Part shown: one piece after another, positions 36,201-50,134 of the stretch | Position numbering within the stretch: the first letter of the stretch is position 1 | Layout of the letters: the number at the start of each line of letters is the position of its first letter | Source: Hemiscyllium ocellatum | Taxonomy: Eukaryota | Direction: 5' to 3' | DNA length: 64,000 bases | Assembly (NCBI RefSeq): GCF_020745735.1 | Contig: NC_083425.1 | Location: forward strand, 36,257,575 to 36,321,574 | The notes under the pieces: model-generated | Seen by the model: only the letters and a program-made list of their open reading frames with translations | What the model was told of the DNA's origin: nothing | The model's database searches: none | Made by a program: the position numbers and the translations under genes

Positions 36201-39200
36201 ATCTATTGCACCCGCAAACCTACCTTCTACAATTCATACCCAAGGATACTCAGGTCCCTCTGTATAGCAGCATGCCACAATTTTTACCGTTCAAATAATA
36301 GTCCTTTTTACTGTGATTCCAACCAAAACGAAGGACTTCACATTTATCAACATTATACTCCATCTGCCAACCATAAGACAATGAAGTAGAAATTAAGCCA
36401 CACAGCCCATTGAGTCTGCTCTGCCATTCAAAGTATAGCTGCTAAGTTTCTCAACCTCATTCTCCCACTTTCTCCCTGTAACTCTTGAACCCCTTGACAA
36501 TCAAGAACGTATCGATCTCTGTCTTAAACATACTCAATAAGCTGGTCTCCATAGCCTTCTGTGGCAATGAATTCCACAGATTCACCATTCTCTGGCTGAA
36601 GAAGTTTCTCCTTATCTCCGTTCTAAAAGGTCTCCCCTTTACTCTAAGGCTGTGCCCTCGGGTCCAAGTCTCTCCTATCAATGGAAACATTTTTCCAATA
36701 TCTACTGTGTCAAGGCCATGCAGTATTTCATAAATTTCAATTAGATCCCTCCTCATCCTTCTAAACTCCATCGAGTATAATCCCAGAGTCCTCAAACATT
36801 CCTCATAAGCTTTAAGCTTTTTATCCCTGGGAGCATTCTCGTGAACGTCCTCTGAACCCACTGCAGGGGCAATACATCCTTCCTGAGAAATGGGGCCCAA
36901 AACTGCACAATACTCCGAATGTGGTCTGATCAGGCCTTTGCCCACTCAAACTATCGATATTCCTCTGCACACTATGCACTACCACTCACCTTCGTGTCAT
37001 CTGCAAACTTTGACACATTACACATGGTCCCCAACTCCAAATCATTTATGTAAATTGTAAACAATTGCAGTCCCAACACTAATCCCTGCGGCATATCACT
37101 CGTCACTGATCGCCAATTACAAAAGCACTCACTTATCCCCACTCTTTGCTACCTGTTAGTTTACCAATCCTCTATCCATGCTAATGCATTGCCCATAAGC
37201 TATGAATAATGAGAGGGAAAATATTTAAGATAACTGAAGGGGGCATGGGTCAAGCAATGAGTTTCTTTTGTACAGAGCTGGGTTCTAGTGATGAAAGCAG
37301 ATTCAAGAAGGAATTTGAGCAAAGTTAAGCTTTCTGTGGAGAAATAGCAAGAGAGTAATAGCTATTGGACAGCTCTCTCAAACAGCCAGTACAGCAACAA
37401 TGGGCCAAATGGTTTGTTTCCTTCTGTAATACCATGCCTCTAGGCCAAACAGTCGCATTTCTTGCTATATAAATAAATAAATCAGTCAAGATCCATTCAG
37501 CAAGGTCCTATAAATAGCAAAGAGACACACTGGGACAGTAATAGAGGTTTACAGCACAGTAAAAGATCCTCTGGTCCAATAAGTCTGTGCTGGTCAAAAA
37601 CCATCCCACTATGCTAATCCCATTTTCTAGCTCGATTGATAGCCTTGTTTGCCTTGGCATCACTAGTGTACATCTAAATACTTAAATGTTATGAGGGTTT
37701 CTGCCCTTCCACCCTTACAGGCAATGAGTCCTAGATTCCTAGCACCCTATTAGTGGGAAGGGTGAGCAGGGAGAAACACCAATCCTCTTCTTTGGAGTTC
37801 ACCATAGGTTTCAGGGACAAAAGTAGACCATTCAACCCAGTGAGTTTGGTCCATCATTAATTAAACCATGGTTGGTCATCTACCTCAAAGCCTTTGCTGT
37901 CATATCCTCATATCACTTAATGTTATCGAATATCTAATTATCTATCGATAGCTGTTTTGAACACAGAACCACAGAAAGAGTCCATTTATTGCGTAGTGTC
38001 AGCACCAGCTGAACAAACTAGATGCCCATACTATTCTCATTTTTGGTTTGTCGGTCTGCACAGACTTGGTCTGTAGCGTTGCGCATTACAATACTCTAGG
38101 TGCAGATATACATATTGGGGTAGAGATTTCAAAAGATTCACCACCTTCAGTGTTAAATAGTCTATCTGAGATTTTGGACCTGGATCTAGACTCATATTCA
38201 GGGGTAACATCTTATCTACATCCACCCTGTAATGCTCTGTAAGTATTGTAGAAGTTTCAATGAAATCAACTTGCATTCACAAAACCCTCAAAGCCCCAGT
38301 TTCCTCAGTTTCTGAGACAATTTCACCATCTGGGGATTAGTCTGACAGACCTCTATTGCTCACCCTCTACAGTAAACATATCCTCCCTTAGATAAGCAGA
38401 CCAAAACTGGACACAATACTCCAAGCACAGTCTCAAAAGGCTCTAAACAATTGCAGCAAGACATGTTTGCTTCTGTACTCAAATTCCTGTGTAATGAAGG
38501 CCTGCATATCATCAGCATTGCTCTTTCATTCTTCCTTTTCTCTTGTGCTGCAGAGCCACCCATGGTGCCATGGACTTCACTATGACTGCACTCCTTCCTC
38601 ACCAGCATCCAAAAGAGAAAGAAGTTAGCAGCAGAGATTATTTCAGCAACTCCTAATTTCCCACCTTGATTCTTTTAGACAGACTGAGTCATGCTTTTCC
38701 TTTCTGACTCCATATTCTTAAACAATCATGAAATCACTTATACAGGTCATAGTCACAAAACATAGAAATAAATCCTTCGGTCCAACCAGTCCATGCCGAA
38801 CATAAGCCCAAACTAATCTCACCTACCTGCTCCTGGCGTATATCCCTCCAAACCTTTCCTACTCATTTACTTAACTTAAAAGTTGGAACTGCAGCCACAT
38901 GCAGCACTTCCTTTGGAAATTTATTCCACACATGAACCACTATCAAAAAAAAATGCTTCTCATGTTGTTTTAATTTTTTTTCTCCTCTCACCTTAAAAAT
39001 ATGCTCCCTAGTCTTGAAACCCCCCACCCTAGGGAAAAGACTCCTGTCATTCAGTCTATCTATATCCCTCAATATTTTATAAACCTCTCTAAGATCACCT
39101 CTCAACCTCCAGTGGAAAAAGGTCTCGTCCTACCCATCTTCTTCTTATAACTCAATCTCCCATTCTCAGCATCATCCTGTAAATCTCTCCTGAACCCCCT

Positions 39201-39796
39201 CAGGCTAAATAATATCCTTCCTATAACTGGGCAACCAGAAGTGGACAAAATATTCTTGGTAAAGCCTCAACATAATGTCCCACTCCTATATTCAAAGGTC
39301 TGAGCAATGGAGGCAAGCATCCTTAATACCTTCTGAATCACTTTATCTATATGTGATGTCAACTTCAAACAATTACATTCTTAAATCCCTGGGTCTCTGT
39401 TCTGCAACATTGCCCAAGACCCTACTTTTAATTATATAAATCTTAGCTTTGTTTTATTTTACCGAAAATGTAATGCTTCACATTTATCCAAATTAAAGTC
39501 CATTTGCCACTCTTCAGTCCACTGATCCAATTGATCAAGATCTCTGTCATTTTAGACAACCTTCTTCTTTGAAAACCTACTAATTTTGGTGTCATCTGCA
39601 AACTTACTAATCATGCCTTCTATATTCTCATCTAAATCATTTATATAAATGACAAACAAAAGTTGACCTAGCATTGATCCCTGTGGAACACACGTCTGGT
39701 CACAGGTCTCCAGTCAGAAAAACAACCTGCCACCATCACACTGTCTCCTGTTAGCCAATTTTGTATCCAGTTGCCGTGCTCACCCTGAATCCCATG
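33230..39796. mobile_element. Nested CR1 fragments (mostly minus; plus pieces at ~34670-35540 and 37200-37430)
   Basis: Repeated CR1 3' tails and C-terminal motifs (e.g. ORF 36457-36945 RGHSLRVKGRPFRTEIRRNFFSQR); 36373-36936 is nested inside 35545-37200. Confidence 0.75.
33859..34147 (-). mobile_element. HE1 V-SINE
   Basis: (GATTA)n tail, V-domain and tRNA head 'gctaaccactgtgccaccgtgccaccc'. Confidence 0.88.
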
Positions 39797-42010
39797 TCAT
39801 AGAATCATAGAGATGTACAACATGGAAACAGACCCTTCGGTCCAACCCGTCCATGCCGACCAGATATCCCAACCCAATCTAGTCCCACCTGCCAGCACCT
39901 GGCCCATATCACTCCAAACCCTTCCTATTCATTTACCCATTCAAATGTCTCTTAAATTTTGCAACTGTTCCAGCCACCACCACTCCCTCTAGCAGCTCAT
40001 TCCATACACGTACCACTGTGTGTGTGAAAACGTTGTCCTGTAGGTCTCTTTTATATCTTTCAGGCCTCCAGTCTGAAAAACAACCCACCACCACCACGTC
40101 TTCTTCCTTTGAGCCAGTTCTGTATCCAAATGGCTAGTTCTCCCTGTATTCCATGAGATCTAACCTTGCTAATCAGTCTCCCATGGGGAACCTTGTGGAA
40201 CGTCTTACTGAAGTCCATATAGATCACATCCACTGCTCTGCTCTCATCAATCTTCTTTGTTACTTCTTCAAAAAACTCAATCAAGTTTGTGAGACATGAT
40301 TTCCCATGCACAAAGCCATGTTGACTATCCCTGATCAGCCCTTGCCTTTCCAAATATATGTACATCCTGTCCCTCAGGATTCCCTCCAACAACGATATGC
40401 AGGTCAGGTGAATTGGCCATGCTAAATTGCCCATAGTGTTAGGTGCATTAGTCAGAGAGAAATGTATCTGGGTGGGTTACTCTTCAGAGGGTCGGTGTGG
40501 ACTTATTGGGCCAAAGGGCCTGTTTCCATACTGTAGGGAATCTAATCTAATCAAAAAAATCTTGCCCACCACCGATGTCAGGCTCCCTGGCCTGTCGTTC
40601 CCTGGCTTGTCTTTACCACCCTTCTTAAACAGTGGCACCACGTGAGCCAACCTCCAGTCTTCTGGCACCTCACCTGTGACTATCGATGATACAAATATCT
40701 CAGTAAGAGGCCCGGCAACCATTTCTCTAGCTTCCCAGAGTTCTAGGTACACCTGATCAGGTCCTGGGGATTTATCCACCTTTATGTGTTTCAAGACATC
40801 CAGCACTTCCTCCTCTGTAATGTGGACAGTTTGCAAGATGTCACCATCTATTTCCCTACATTTTATATCTTCCATACACTTTTCCACAGTAAATACTGAT
40901 GCAAAATACTCATTTAGTATCTTCCCCATTTTCTGTGGCTCCACACAAAGGCTGCCTTGCTGAGCTTTGAGGGGCCTAGTTACCCTTTTGTACTTAATGT
41001 ATTTTTAAAAACTATTTGGATTCTCCTTAATTCTATTTGCCAAAGTTATTTCATGTCCCTGTTTTGCCATCCTGATTTCCCTCTCAAGTATATTCCTACT
41101 TTCTTTATACTCTTCTAAGGATTCACTCAATATATCTGTCTATATCTTACATATGCTTCCTTCTTTTTCTTAACCAAATCCTCAATTTCTTTCGTCATCC
41201 AGCATTCCCTATACCTACCTGCCTTTCCTTTCACCCTGACAGGAATATACTTTCTTTGGATTCCGGTTATCTCATTTCTGAAGGCTTCCCATTTTCCAGC
41301 CGTCCCTTTATCTGTGAACATCTGCCCCCAATCAGCTTTCCAAAGTTCTTGCCTAATACCGTCAAAATTGGCCTTTCTCCAATTTAGAACTTCAACTGTT
41401 AGATCTGGTCTATCCTTTTCCATCATTATTTTAAATCTAATAGAATTATGGTCGCTGGCCCCAAAGTGCTCCCCCACTGACACCTCAGTCACCCACCCTG
41501 CCTTATTTCCCAAGAGTAGGTCAAAGTTTGCACCTTCTCTAGTAGGTACATCCACATACTGGATCAGAAAATTGTCTTGTACACTCTTAACAAATTCCTC
41601 TCTATCTAAACCCTTAACAGTATGGCAGTCCCAGTCTATGTTTGGAAAGTTAAAATCCCCTACTATAACCACCCTATTATTCTTACATATAGCTGAGATC
41701 TCCTTACAAGTTTGTTTATCAATTTCCCTCTGAGTATTAAGGGGTCTATAATACAATCCCAATAAGGTGATCATCCCTTTCTTATTTCTCAGTTCCACTC
41801 AAATAACTTCCCTGGATGTATTTCCGGGAATACCCTCCCTCAGCACAGCTGTAATTGTATCCTGGAACATTAAGCTGCCAGTCCTGCCCATCCCTAGGCC
41901 ATGTTTCTGTAATTGTTATGATAGTCCAGTCCCATGTTCCTAACCATGCCCTGAGTTCATCTGCCTTCCCTGTTAGGCCCTTGCATTGAAATAAATGCAG
42001 TTTACTTTAT
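39797..42010 (-). mobile_element. CR1/HER1 LINE, internally deleted (EN + RT N-half + 3' tip), with HE1 tail at 40392-40552
   Basis: ORFs 41127-41798 (LYYRPLN, VGDFNFP, SDHNSI), 40477-40944 and 40060-40434; same subfamily as 541-4058. Confidence 0.9.
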
Positions 42011-42609
42011 TAACCCGATCCCTGTGGAACACTGCTGGTGACAGGCCTCCAGTCCGAAAAGCAATCTTCCACTGCCACACTGTCGCCAGCTATTAAGCCG
42101 CTTCCTTAAGCCTGTTGTCCATTAGTTCATTTACTCGTAGAGAGTCAAGGCTCCAGTCAGTGCTTGAGTTTTGAGACCTGAATCTCAAGCCTGTGTAGCC
42201 AATGACCCTTCCTGAAGTGTCCAGGATACATGGTGTGTCAGTGACTTTCTACAAATACAAGGTGTACATTCCGCTCAGCCAAGCATTTGTGTTCAATTTT
42301 CCTTGCAATAAATTATAACATTCTGTTAGTTTCCAAGTTATTTGTCCCACTGGCACACAAACCTTTTTTAATTCATGCATTAGGATACCATGATCCTGTT
42401 GCATCTCAAAGCTCTGCAATCATTCACCATTCAGATAATATGCTTTAATAATCTCCCTGCAAAATGGACAATTTATATTTTCCCACATTGTTCTTCGTTT
42501 GTTACATCTTTGCCCATTCCCTCGTTAAAATGATGAAAAAGCTAGTGCTGACACGATGGGCCAAACGGTCTCCATCTACATCACAACAATTCTGCAATTC
42601 CATCAATCA

Positions 42610-42934
42610 TAGATTAGATTCCCTACAGTATGGAAACAGGCCCTTCTGCCCAACAAGTCCACACTGACCCTCTGAACAATTACCCACCCAGACCCATTTC
42701 CTTACCCAATATATACCCCTGACTAATGCATCTAACACTAAGGGCAATTTAGCATAGCCAATTCATCGTGACCAGCACATCTTTGGATTCTGGGAGGAAA
42801 TGGAAGCACCCGAAAGAAACCCACACAGACATAGAGAGAATGTGCAAAATCCACACAGACATTCATCTGAGGCGGGAATTGAACCTGGGTCCCTGACTCT
42901 CGTCAGGCAGCAGTGCTAACCACTGAGCCACCCC
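42610..42934 (-). mobile_element. HE1 V-SINE
   Basis: Tail, V-domain and tRNA-like head present. Confidence 0.87.
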
Positions 42935-44241
42935 CTTAGCCTCTTGACCTCTCCACAACTTACTCCCTATCTTTGAGTCATCAATAAGTTTGGCAACCAA
43001 ACCTTCCACTGCTTCATCTAAACCACTTATGTGAATTGTAAACAGTCTAAGTCCCAGCAATGATCGCTGCAGCACACCATTATTTCATTTTGCCAACCTG
43101 AAAAAGATCAATTAATCCCTAATTTCTGCTTTCTGTTACCAATCAACCTTTGATCGATATACACGGAGCTTTTATATCTGTATTAATCGTTGATATGACA
43201 CTTCATCGAATACCTTCTGAAAGTCTTTTGCAGTACATCCATCAGAAAGTCACAGAGATGTACAGCATGGAAATAGACTCCTCGGTCCAACTTGTCCACG
43301 CCGACTTTTTTCCTAACCCTATCCAGTCCCACCTGCCAGCACCCGGCCCATATCCCTCCAACCCCTTCCTGTTCATATATCCACCCAAGTGCCTTTTGAA
43401 TATTGCAATTGTACTAGCCTCTACCACTTCATTTGGCAGGTCATTCCATACACGTACCACCCATTGCGTGGGAAAGCTGCTCCTTAGGTCTCTTTTATAT
43501 CTTTCCCCTCTCATCCTAAAGCTATGTCCTGTAGTTCTGGAAATCCCCACCCCAGGGAAAAGACTATTTATCATATCCATGCCCCTCATGATTTTGTAAA
43601 CCTCTATAAGGTCACCCCTCAGCCTCCAATGCTCCAGGGAAAACAGCCCTAGCCTATTCAATCTCTCCCTATAGCTCAAATCCTCCAACCCTGGCAATAT
43701 CCTTGTAAATCTTTTCTGAACCCTTTCAAGTTTCACAACATCTTTCCATTAGAAGGAGACCATATCTGCATGCAATGTTCCAACAGTGGCCTAACCAATG
43801 TCCTATACAGCCGCAACATGACCTCCCAACTCCTGACCAATAAAGGAAAACATACCAAACGCCTTCTTCGCTGTCCTACCTATCTGCGACTCCACTTTGA
43901 AGGAGCTATAAATCTGCACTCCAAGGTCTCTTTGTTCAGCAACACTCCCTAGGACCTTACCGTTAAGGTATAAGGCCTGCTAAGATTTGCTTTCCCAAAA
44001 TGCAGCACCTCAACTTATCTAAATTAAACTCCACCTGCCACTTCTCAGCCCATTGGCCATCTGATCAAGATCGCATTGTAATCAGAGGTAACCTTCTTCG
44101 CTGTCCACTATATTTTCAATTTTGGTGTCATCTGCAAACTTACTAACTCTACCTCTCATGCTCACACCGAAATCATTTATATAAACGATTAAAAGTAGCG
44201 GACCTAGCACTGATCCTTGTGGCATTCCACTGGTCACAGGC

Positions 44242-44465
44242 AGGAGAAAGTGAGGACTGCAGATGCTGGAGATCAGAACTGAAAATGTGTTGCTGGAAAA
44301 GCACATCAGGTCAGGAAGCATCCAAGGAGCAGGAGAATTGACGTTTCGGGCATGAGCCCTTCTTCAGGAATCATTCCTGAAGAAGGGCTCATGCCCGATA
44401 CGTCGATTCTCCTGTTCCTTGGATGCTGCCTGACCTGCTGCGCTTTTCCAGCAACACATTTTCAG
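44242..44465. mobile_element. Fold-back family A element with two opposed hammerhead motifs, 14-bp TSD
   Basis: TSD cactggtcacaggc at 44228-44241 and 44466-44479; symmetry centre 44372 (ggaat-c-attcc). Confidence 0.9.
44336..44371 (-). ncRNA. Minimal hammerhead motif, intact core with weak helix I, sense in SUMO2 intron 1
   Basis: Minus strand ATTC-CTGAAGA-A-GGGC tcat GCCC-GAAA-CG-TC^AATT. Confidence 0.65.
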
Positions 44466-44902
44466 CACTGGTCACAGGCCTCCAGTCTGAAAAACAATCT
44501 CCCACCATCACCCTCTGTCTTCTACCTTTTTGAGCCAGTTCTGTATCCAAATGGCTCATTCTCCTTGTATTCCATGGGATTTATCAATTTACCTTCATAC
44601 CGATTACATGATAATTCCTGAGAGAACATCAACAGATTGGATAAACATGATTTCCCTTTCATAAAACCATGCTGACTCTGCCCAAATTACCTCAAACTTA
44701 AAGAAATGCCTTGCTAAACTTTGATTAGTAATAGCTTCTAACATTTATCCTATGACGGATGTTAAGCTAAGCAGTCTGTAGTTTCTTGCTTCTTGTCTCC
44801 CTCCCTTATTGAGCAAAGGAGTTTCATTTTTTATCTTCCTATCAAAGGTGATCTTGCCCAAATCAAGGAAATATTAGAAAATTAAACTAAAAACGTGAAT
44901 TC

Positions 44903-45715
44903 TCTCAGGGGAAAGTGCCGGGAGGGGAGGGTGGGCTGCTAGGGAGCATAGACCTGACCAGGTAGTCGTGAGGGAATGGCCTTTCCTCCCGGCACCTTCC
45001 TCTGCCACCGCAGGAATTGCAAAACCTGTGCCCACACCTCCCTCCTCACCTATGTCCAAGGCCCCAAAGGAGCCTTCCACATCCATCAAAGCTTCACCTG
45101 CACTTTCACACATCATTTACTGCATCTGTTGCTCCCGATGCGGTTTCCTCTACATTGGGGAGACTGGATGCCTCCTTACAGAGAGCTTCAGAGAACATCT
45201 CCGGGATACCTGAACAAATCAATCTCACTGCCCCGTGGCCAAACATTTCAACTCTCCCTCACACTCTGCCAAGGACATGGAGGCGCTGGGCCTCCTCCAT
45301 CGCCACTCCCTTACCACCCGACACCTGGATGAAGAACAGCTCATCTTCCACCATGGAACCCTTCAACTCCATGGCATCAATGTGAACTTCACCAGTTTCT
45401 TCATTTACCCTCCCCCTACCTTACCCCAGTTCTAACTTTCCAGTTCAGCACCATCCTCATGACCCGCCCCTCCTGTCAATCTTCCTTCCCACCTATCTAC
45501 TCCGCCATCCTCTCTGACCTACCACCTTTACCCCACCTCCATCCGACTGCACTTTCAACTATCTACCCTCCAGCCCCACCCCCTCCCATTTATCTCTCCA
45601 TCCCCTGAGACTCCCAGCTTCATTCTTGATGGAGGGCTTTTGCCCAAAACATCAATTTTCCTGCTTCTCAGATACTGCCTGACCTGCTGTGCTTTTCCAG
45701 CACTACTGTAATCTT
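44903..45715 (+). mobile_element. Penelope-like retroelement 3' fragment (GIY-YIG endonuclease remnant + family A terminus)
   Basis: PGTFLCHRRNCKTC..FTC / IIYCICCSRCGFLYIGETG..FREHLRD / VAKHFNSPSH; ends in a degenerate hammerhead 'ttcttgatggagggcttttgcccaaaacatc' plus family A tail. Confidence 0.88.
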
Positions 45716-48700
45716 GACATCCATCAGGACCTGGACACTTGTTAGTAAATGGCTCCAACAATTTACTCAATATTATTTTGTGAGCAATTAGAACTTTCTC
45801 AAGTTCTTCCCTTCCTTGCACTTCCTGATTTGTACCTGCCTCTGACTGTTCCTTGTATAGAAAAGTAATGCAAAATATCTGTTTAATTCACCTGCCTTCG
45901 TTTTCACATTATCAACTCTCCAGGCACTTTCTATAGAACTAATGGTCACTTTTTAAAACTCTTTATAAATATGTATTGAAACTTTTATATTTCTGGCTAG
46001 CATTCTTTTGTGCACTAATTTTCCCCCTTTTCTAAGTTTTTAGATTTTTTGTCTTATATATTTTGTCCAATCTTTCAACCTGGTATCTGTCTTTGCACAG
46101 TTGTAATCATATTTCCCACAATTCTTTAAGAATTATAATATCTTTAATTTTGAGTCCAAATTTCCATTCTCAGAATGGATACAAGCAGCAACAGCACAGA
46201 CCTAGCCACAATTGGGATAAGTGGGTAAACTGAATTCCACCTGGAGATCATAGGGCTGAAACTGACTTATCTTCTGGGTATAAGACGAACCAGACCTACA
46301 GGAGCATATTCAGAGCTGAAGATAAAGAGACAGCAAGGTTCAGGATCCATCACTTACTTTCTGGAGCCAAGAGGAGCCAGACTCTCAATAGCATACCTTT
46401 CCTGGAGACTTGGCTAAATTTGCAAAATGTCAAAGAGTGACATCACAGGAAAGTTGAGATTGTTTGCTGTGCGGCTGCTTTTGAGGACAGTAATCCAGTA
46501 ATTTTGAAAAACAAATTTTTAAACTAGCGTAGGGAAAACAAATTTGTAGGTAGAAGAATTTCTATATTTTGCTAATCTACAGTGTTGATAATAGTAGTAG
46601 AATGTAGTCGGCATGGACGGGTTGGACCGAAAGGTCTGTTTCCATGCTGTACTATGACTCTAAAGTATCTTATAATTTTCATGTTAAAACATGACAGGAC
46701 AGATCAGTAAAATGGAATGCCTATTCTGAGACATGTGAGGAGTTACTGTTATTTCTCATGACCAAGGTGAATCCATGCACAGAAAGTGTCACTGGTTGCA
46801 CCAGCTTGAGCTGTGAGTTTCAGAGTTCAAACAGCAGCGAGAGTTAGTAAGGTACATTCGTGAGGCAGAGAACTACACGATGGGGCATTCTGAGGGATGG
46901 TCACATTGCTAGTTAGGGGAAAGCAAGTAGATGGGGAATGAGTGACTGCCAGACAGTCCAAGAGAAACAGGCATGTACTGTAGGAAGCCCTAAAGGTTAT
47001 GCTCACTCAGTGGCATTCTGGACACCAGTAAGGACAATGGAGCTTTGCAGGACTGTACCAAGAGAAAGCTTATGGTGTCATGAGTGGCCCAGCTGTAGAA
47101 AAATGGTGGAAAAAAAGTGGATGGACATCCTAATCAGGGATTTATTAATGGGAACAGACAGCCAAGAGTTTCTGCAGCTGTCAATATAACAGTAGAATGG
47201 CTTGTTGTCTTCTGGTGGTTAGATGAAGAATGTAATAGAATGGCTGCAGGTCATTGGTTTTGGGGAAGGCAAATAGTCAGAGGCTGTTGCCCACATTGAC
47301 ATAAGTGGGAAGAGTCATGCGACCCTGCAATTACAATTTAGGAAGCCAGGCAGAAAATTTGCAAGCAGTACCTCAAAGCAGTCATTTCTGGATTACTTGC
47401 AGTGCTACATGCAAGTGTGTTTAGAAATAACAAGTTCAGACAGTTGAATGAAAAGATGGTCCAAGAAGGAAAGCTTCAGATTCCTGGGACACTGAGATTA
47501 GCTGGAGGAGATAGCACTGAACAAGCCAGATGGGTTGTATCAAAACTTAGCATGTTCTTTGTGTGCATTTTGCTGGTGCAGTTGGAGAGGGTTTAATCTA
47601 ACTTGCCAATGGTGTGGGAACCAGGAGAGACTACTTGAAATTAATAAGAGGATGCATGAAATGCTGAGAGATGCAGATAGCACTAAAATGGAAATATTTA
47701 GTTGATAGGAGTCTGAGTCAGGGAAAAAGCACTAAAGTCTATATCATGGTTACACTGTATGTATGTAAATATAGAAAGCATGATTAAAAAAGATTGAAGA
47801 GTTACAACCACTGATTGCCTAGTGAGATTATAATATTGCCATGATAACAGAGAGTTGATTCGAGGAAAGGCAGATCTGGACGTTAAATACCCTGGTTACA
47901 AAATGTTCAGAAACAAAAGAAAAAGTAGTAAAGGAGTGGTACTGCTTTTGGTTGAGGAGAACATTGCTGTACTGGAAAAAAAAGGATGTTTCAGTGAGTT
48001 CACGGACAGAATCAATTTGGCTGCGGCTAAGGACTAAGAAGGCAGCACTAATATTGCTCGGTATCAGGTACTAACCACCAGCTGATGGGTAGAATATAGA
48101 GGAACATTTCTGCAAGGAAATGGCAGAGGCACATAAACATCATAGAGTAGTTATAATGGGGGGGGGGCTTTATTAGTGCACATATAGGGCGTGTTAATGG
48201 TAGTTTAAGGGGCAGCAAGGGATAAATGCAGCAAATTATGTTTGGGGAAATTCTGTACAATGGTATGTATCCTGTCGAATAAAAAAAAGGAGGCACCGCT
48301 AGACCTGATTCTTCACAATGAGGTAGGTCAAGTAGACCAAACAACTGTGGAGGATCACAGGGGGCAGAGATCATTGTATCATAGTAGAATGACAGTATAA
48401 AGGGACATTGGTCAATCCAGAGGAAAAATAAATCAAACAAACAGTCAACAGCTACCTTCAATGGAGCAAGAACTGGACCACACAGATCGGAACAAAGGGG
48501 TGAAAGGAGAAACATTTGCTGAACAATGGGCTACATTCCAACAGTAGATGGTTTATGCACATTCAAGATATATTCCGTCAAAAGGAAAAGATGGAACAAA
48601 AAAATTCAGTTTCCTGGATAGGAAAAATAATAAAAATTAAGTTAAAGGAAAGGTGCACTTGCAAGTGTCAGGTATTAAAACAATGAAGAACCAAATGAAT

Positions 48701-48894
48701 GCAGAAGGTTCTGAAGCAAGATGAAAATGCACAAAAAGCAAAGAGTGATTATAATAAAAGACTGGCAGCTAACAGATTGGGAAATCCCAAAACCTTCTAT
48801 AATCGCATCAACAGTAAAAGAGTAAACGAGTGCATATTTGGAACGGGCATGGAGATTTATACCTGGAGGCAAGGGCTGTGGCTGGGGCATTAAA

Positions 48895-49207
48895 TCAGCC
48901 ACAGGCCGTTCAACTCAGTAAATCTACATCGAACCTCCAAACAGCATCTCACCTAAATCCACACACCTATCCTCATAACCCTGTATTTCCCATAGATAAC
49001 CCATTAATCTCTGGACAATTTAGCACAGCCAATCAACCTAACCTGCACGTCTTTGTGAGAGGAAACCGGAACACCTGAAGGAAACTCATACAGACAAGGG
49101 GGGGGAGGGAAGGTATAAACTCCACACAGAGTCAACTGAGAGTGGAACTGAACGTGACTCCTTGGATCCGTGAGGCAATAGTGCTAACCACTGAGCCATC
49201 ATGCCAT
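48895..49207 (-). mobile_element. Older V-SINE
   Basis: 'gacaatttagcacagccaatcaacctaacctgcacgtcttt..gaggaaaccggaacacc..gtgctaaccactgagcca'. Confidence 0.78.
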
Positions 49208-49498
49208 TCTTTTTTGTTAAAAATGAATCGGCAGCTAAACGAACATTTTGCGTTGGTCTTTACCTTGGAGTCTAATGCTGCCTAAATCATGGTGACAGAG
49301 GGGGAAGCTCAGTCACTAGAAGGGTTCAAAATTAACATGGTGGAATTATCGTATATGCTGTTAGTACTTAAAAATTCATAAAGCACTGGATAAAATAGAC
49401 CAGTGACACTGAAGAAAGGCAAACTGTAATTTGCAGAGGCACTAGTCATAATCTGAAGGGATGGTGCTTTTGTGAAGAAGTGCAAACATGTTGAAGAA

Positions 49499-49782
49499 CT
49501 CACAGCGCCTGAAGACCCGGGTTCAATTCCCGACTCAGGCGACTGACTGTGTGGAGTTTGCACGTTCTCCCCGTGTCTGCGTGGGTTTCCTCCGGGTGCT
49601 CCGGTTTCCTCCCACAGTCCAAAGATGTGCGGGTCAGGTGAATTGGCCAAGCTAAATTGCCCGTAGTGTTAGGTAAGGGGTAATGTAGGGGTATGGGTGG
49701 GTTTCGCTTCGGCGGGTCGGTGTGGACTTGTTGGGCCGAAGGGCCTGTTTCCACACTGTAAGTCTAATCTAATCTAATCTAA
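49499..49782 (+). mobile_element. Young HE1 V-SINE, slightly 5'-truncated
   Basis: CpG-rich, near-identical to the reverse complement of 2564-2871; (TAATC)n tail. Confidence 0.9.
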
Positions 49783-50134
49783 AAACTTGTAAAGATAGGC
49801 CCAATAATTACAAAAACAGTCAGCTTAATTTTGGTGGTAGGAAATCTTAGAGACAATTATTCAGGAGAGAAATAACAGTCATGTGGAAAACATGGGTTAA
49901 TTTGGAAAAGTCAGCATGGATTTGTTGATGAAAATCATATCAACTAACCCATGAGGTTTTTTTTTGAAGGGGTAACAGAAGAGGTTGTTGATGGCAAGAC
50001 TGTTGCTGTGGTGTACTGGGACTTCCAGATAGCACTTGATGCCACACAATAGACTTGTGAGGAAAGCCATCACTTACGGAATGAAAGGGACAATAATAAT
50101 GTGGATACAAAATTGGCTGAGGGATATGAAACAG

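Larger units (their letters stand above)
43245..44580 (-). mobile_element. CR1/HER1 LINE 3' fragment
   Basis: ORF 43242-43736 (KLERVQKRFTRILPG) and SGMPQGSVLGP..KFADDTK. Confidence 0.9.
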
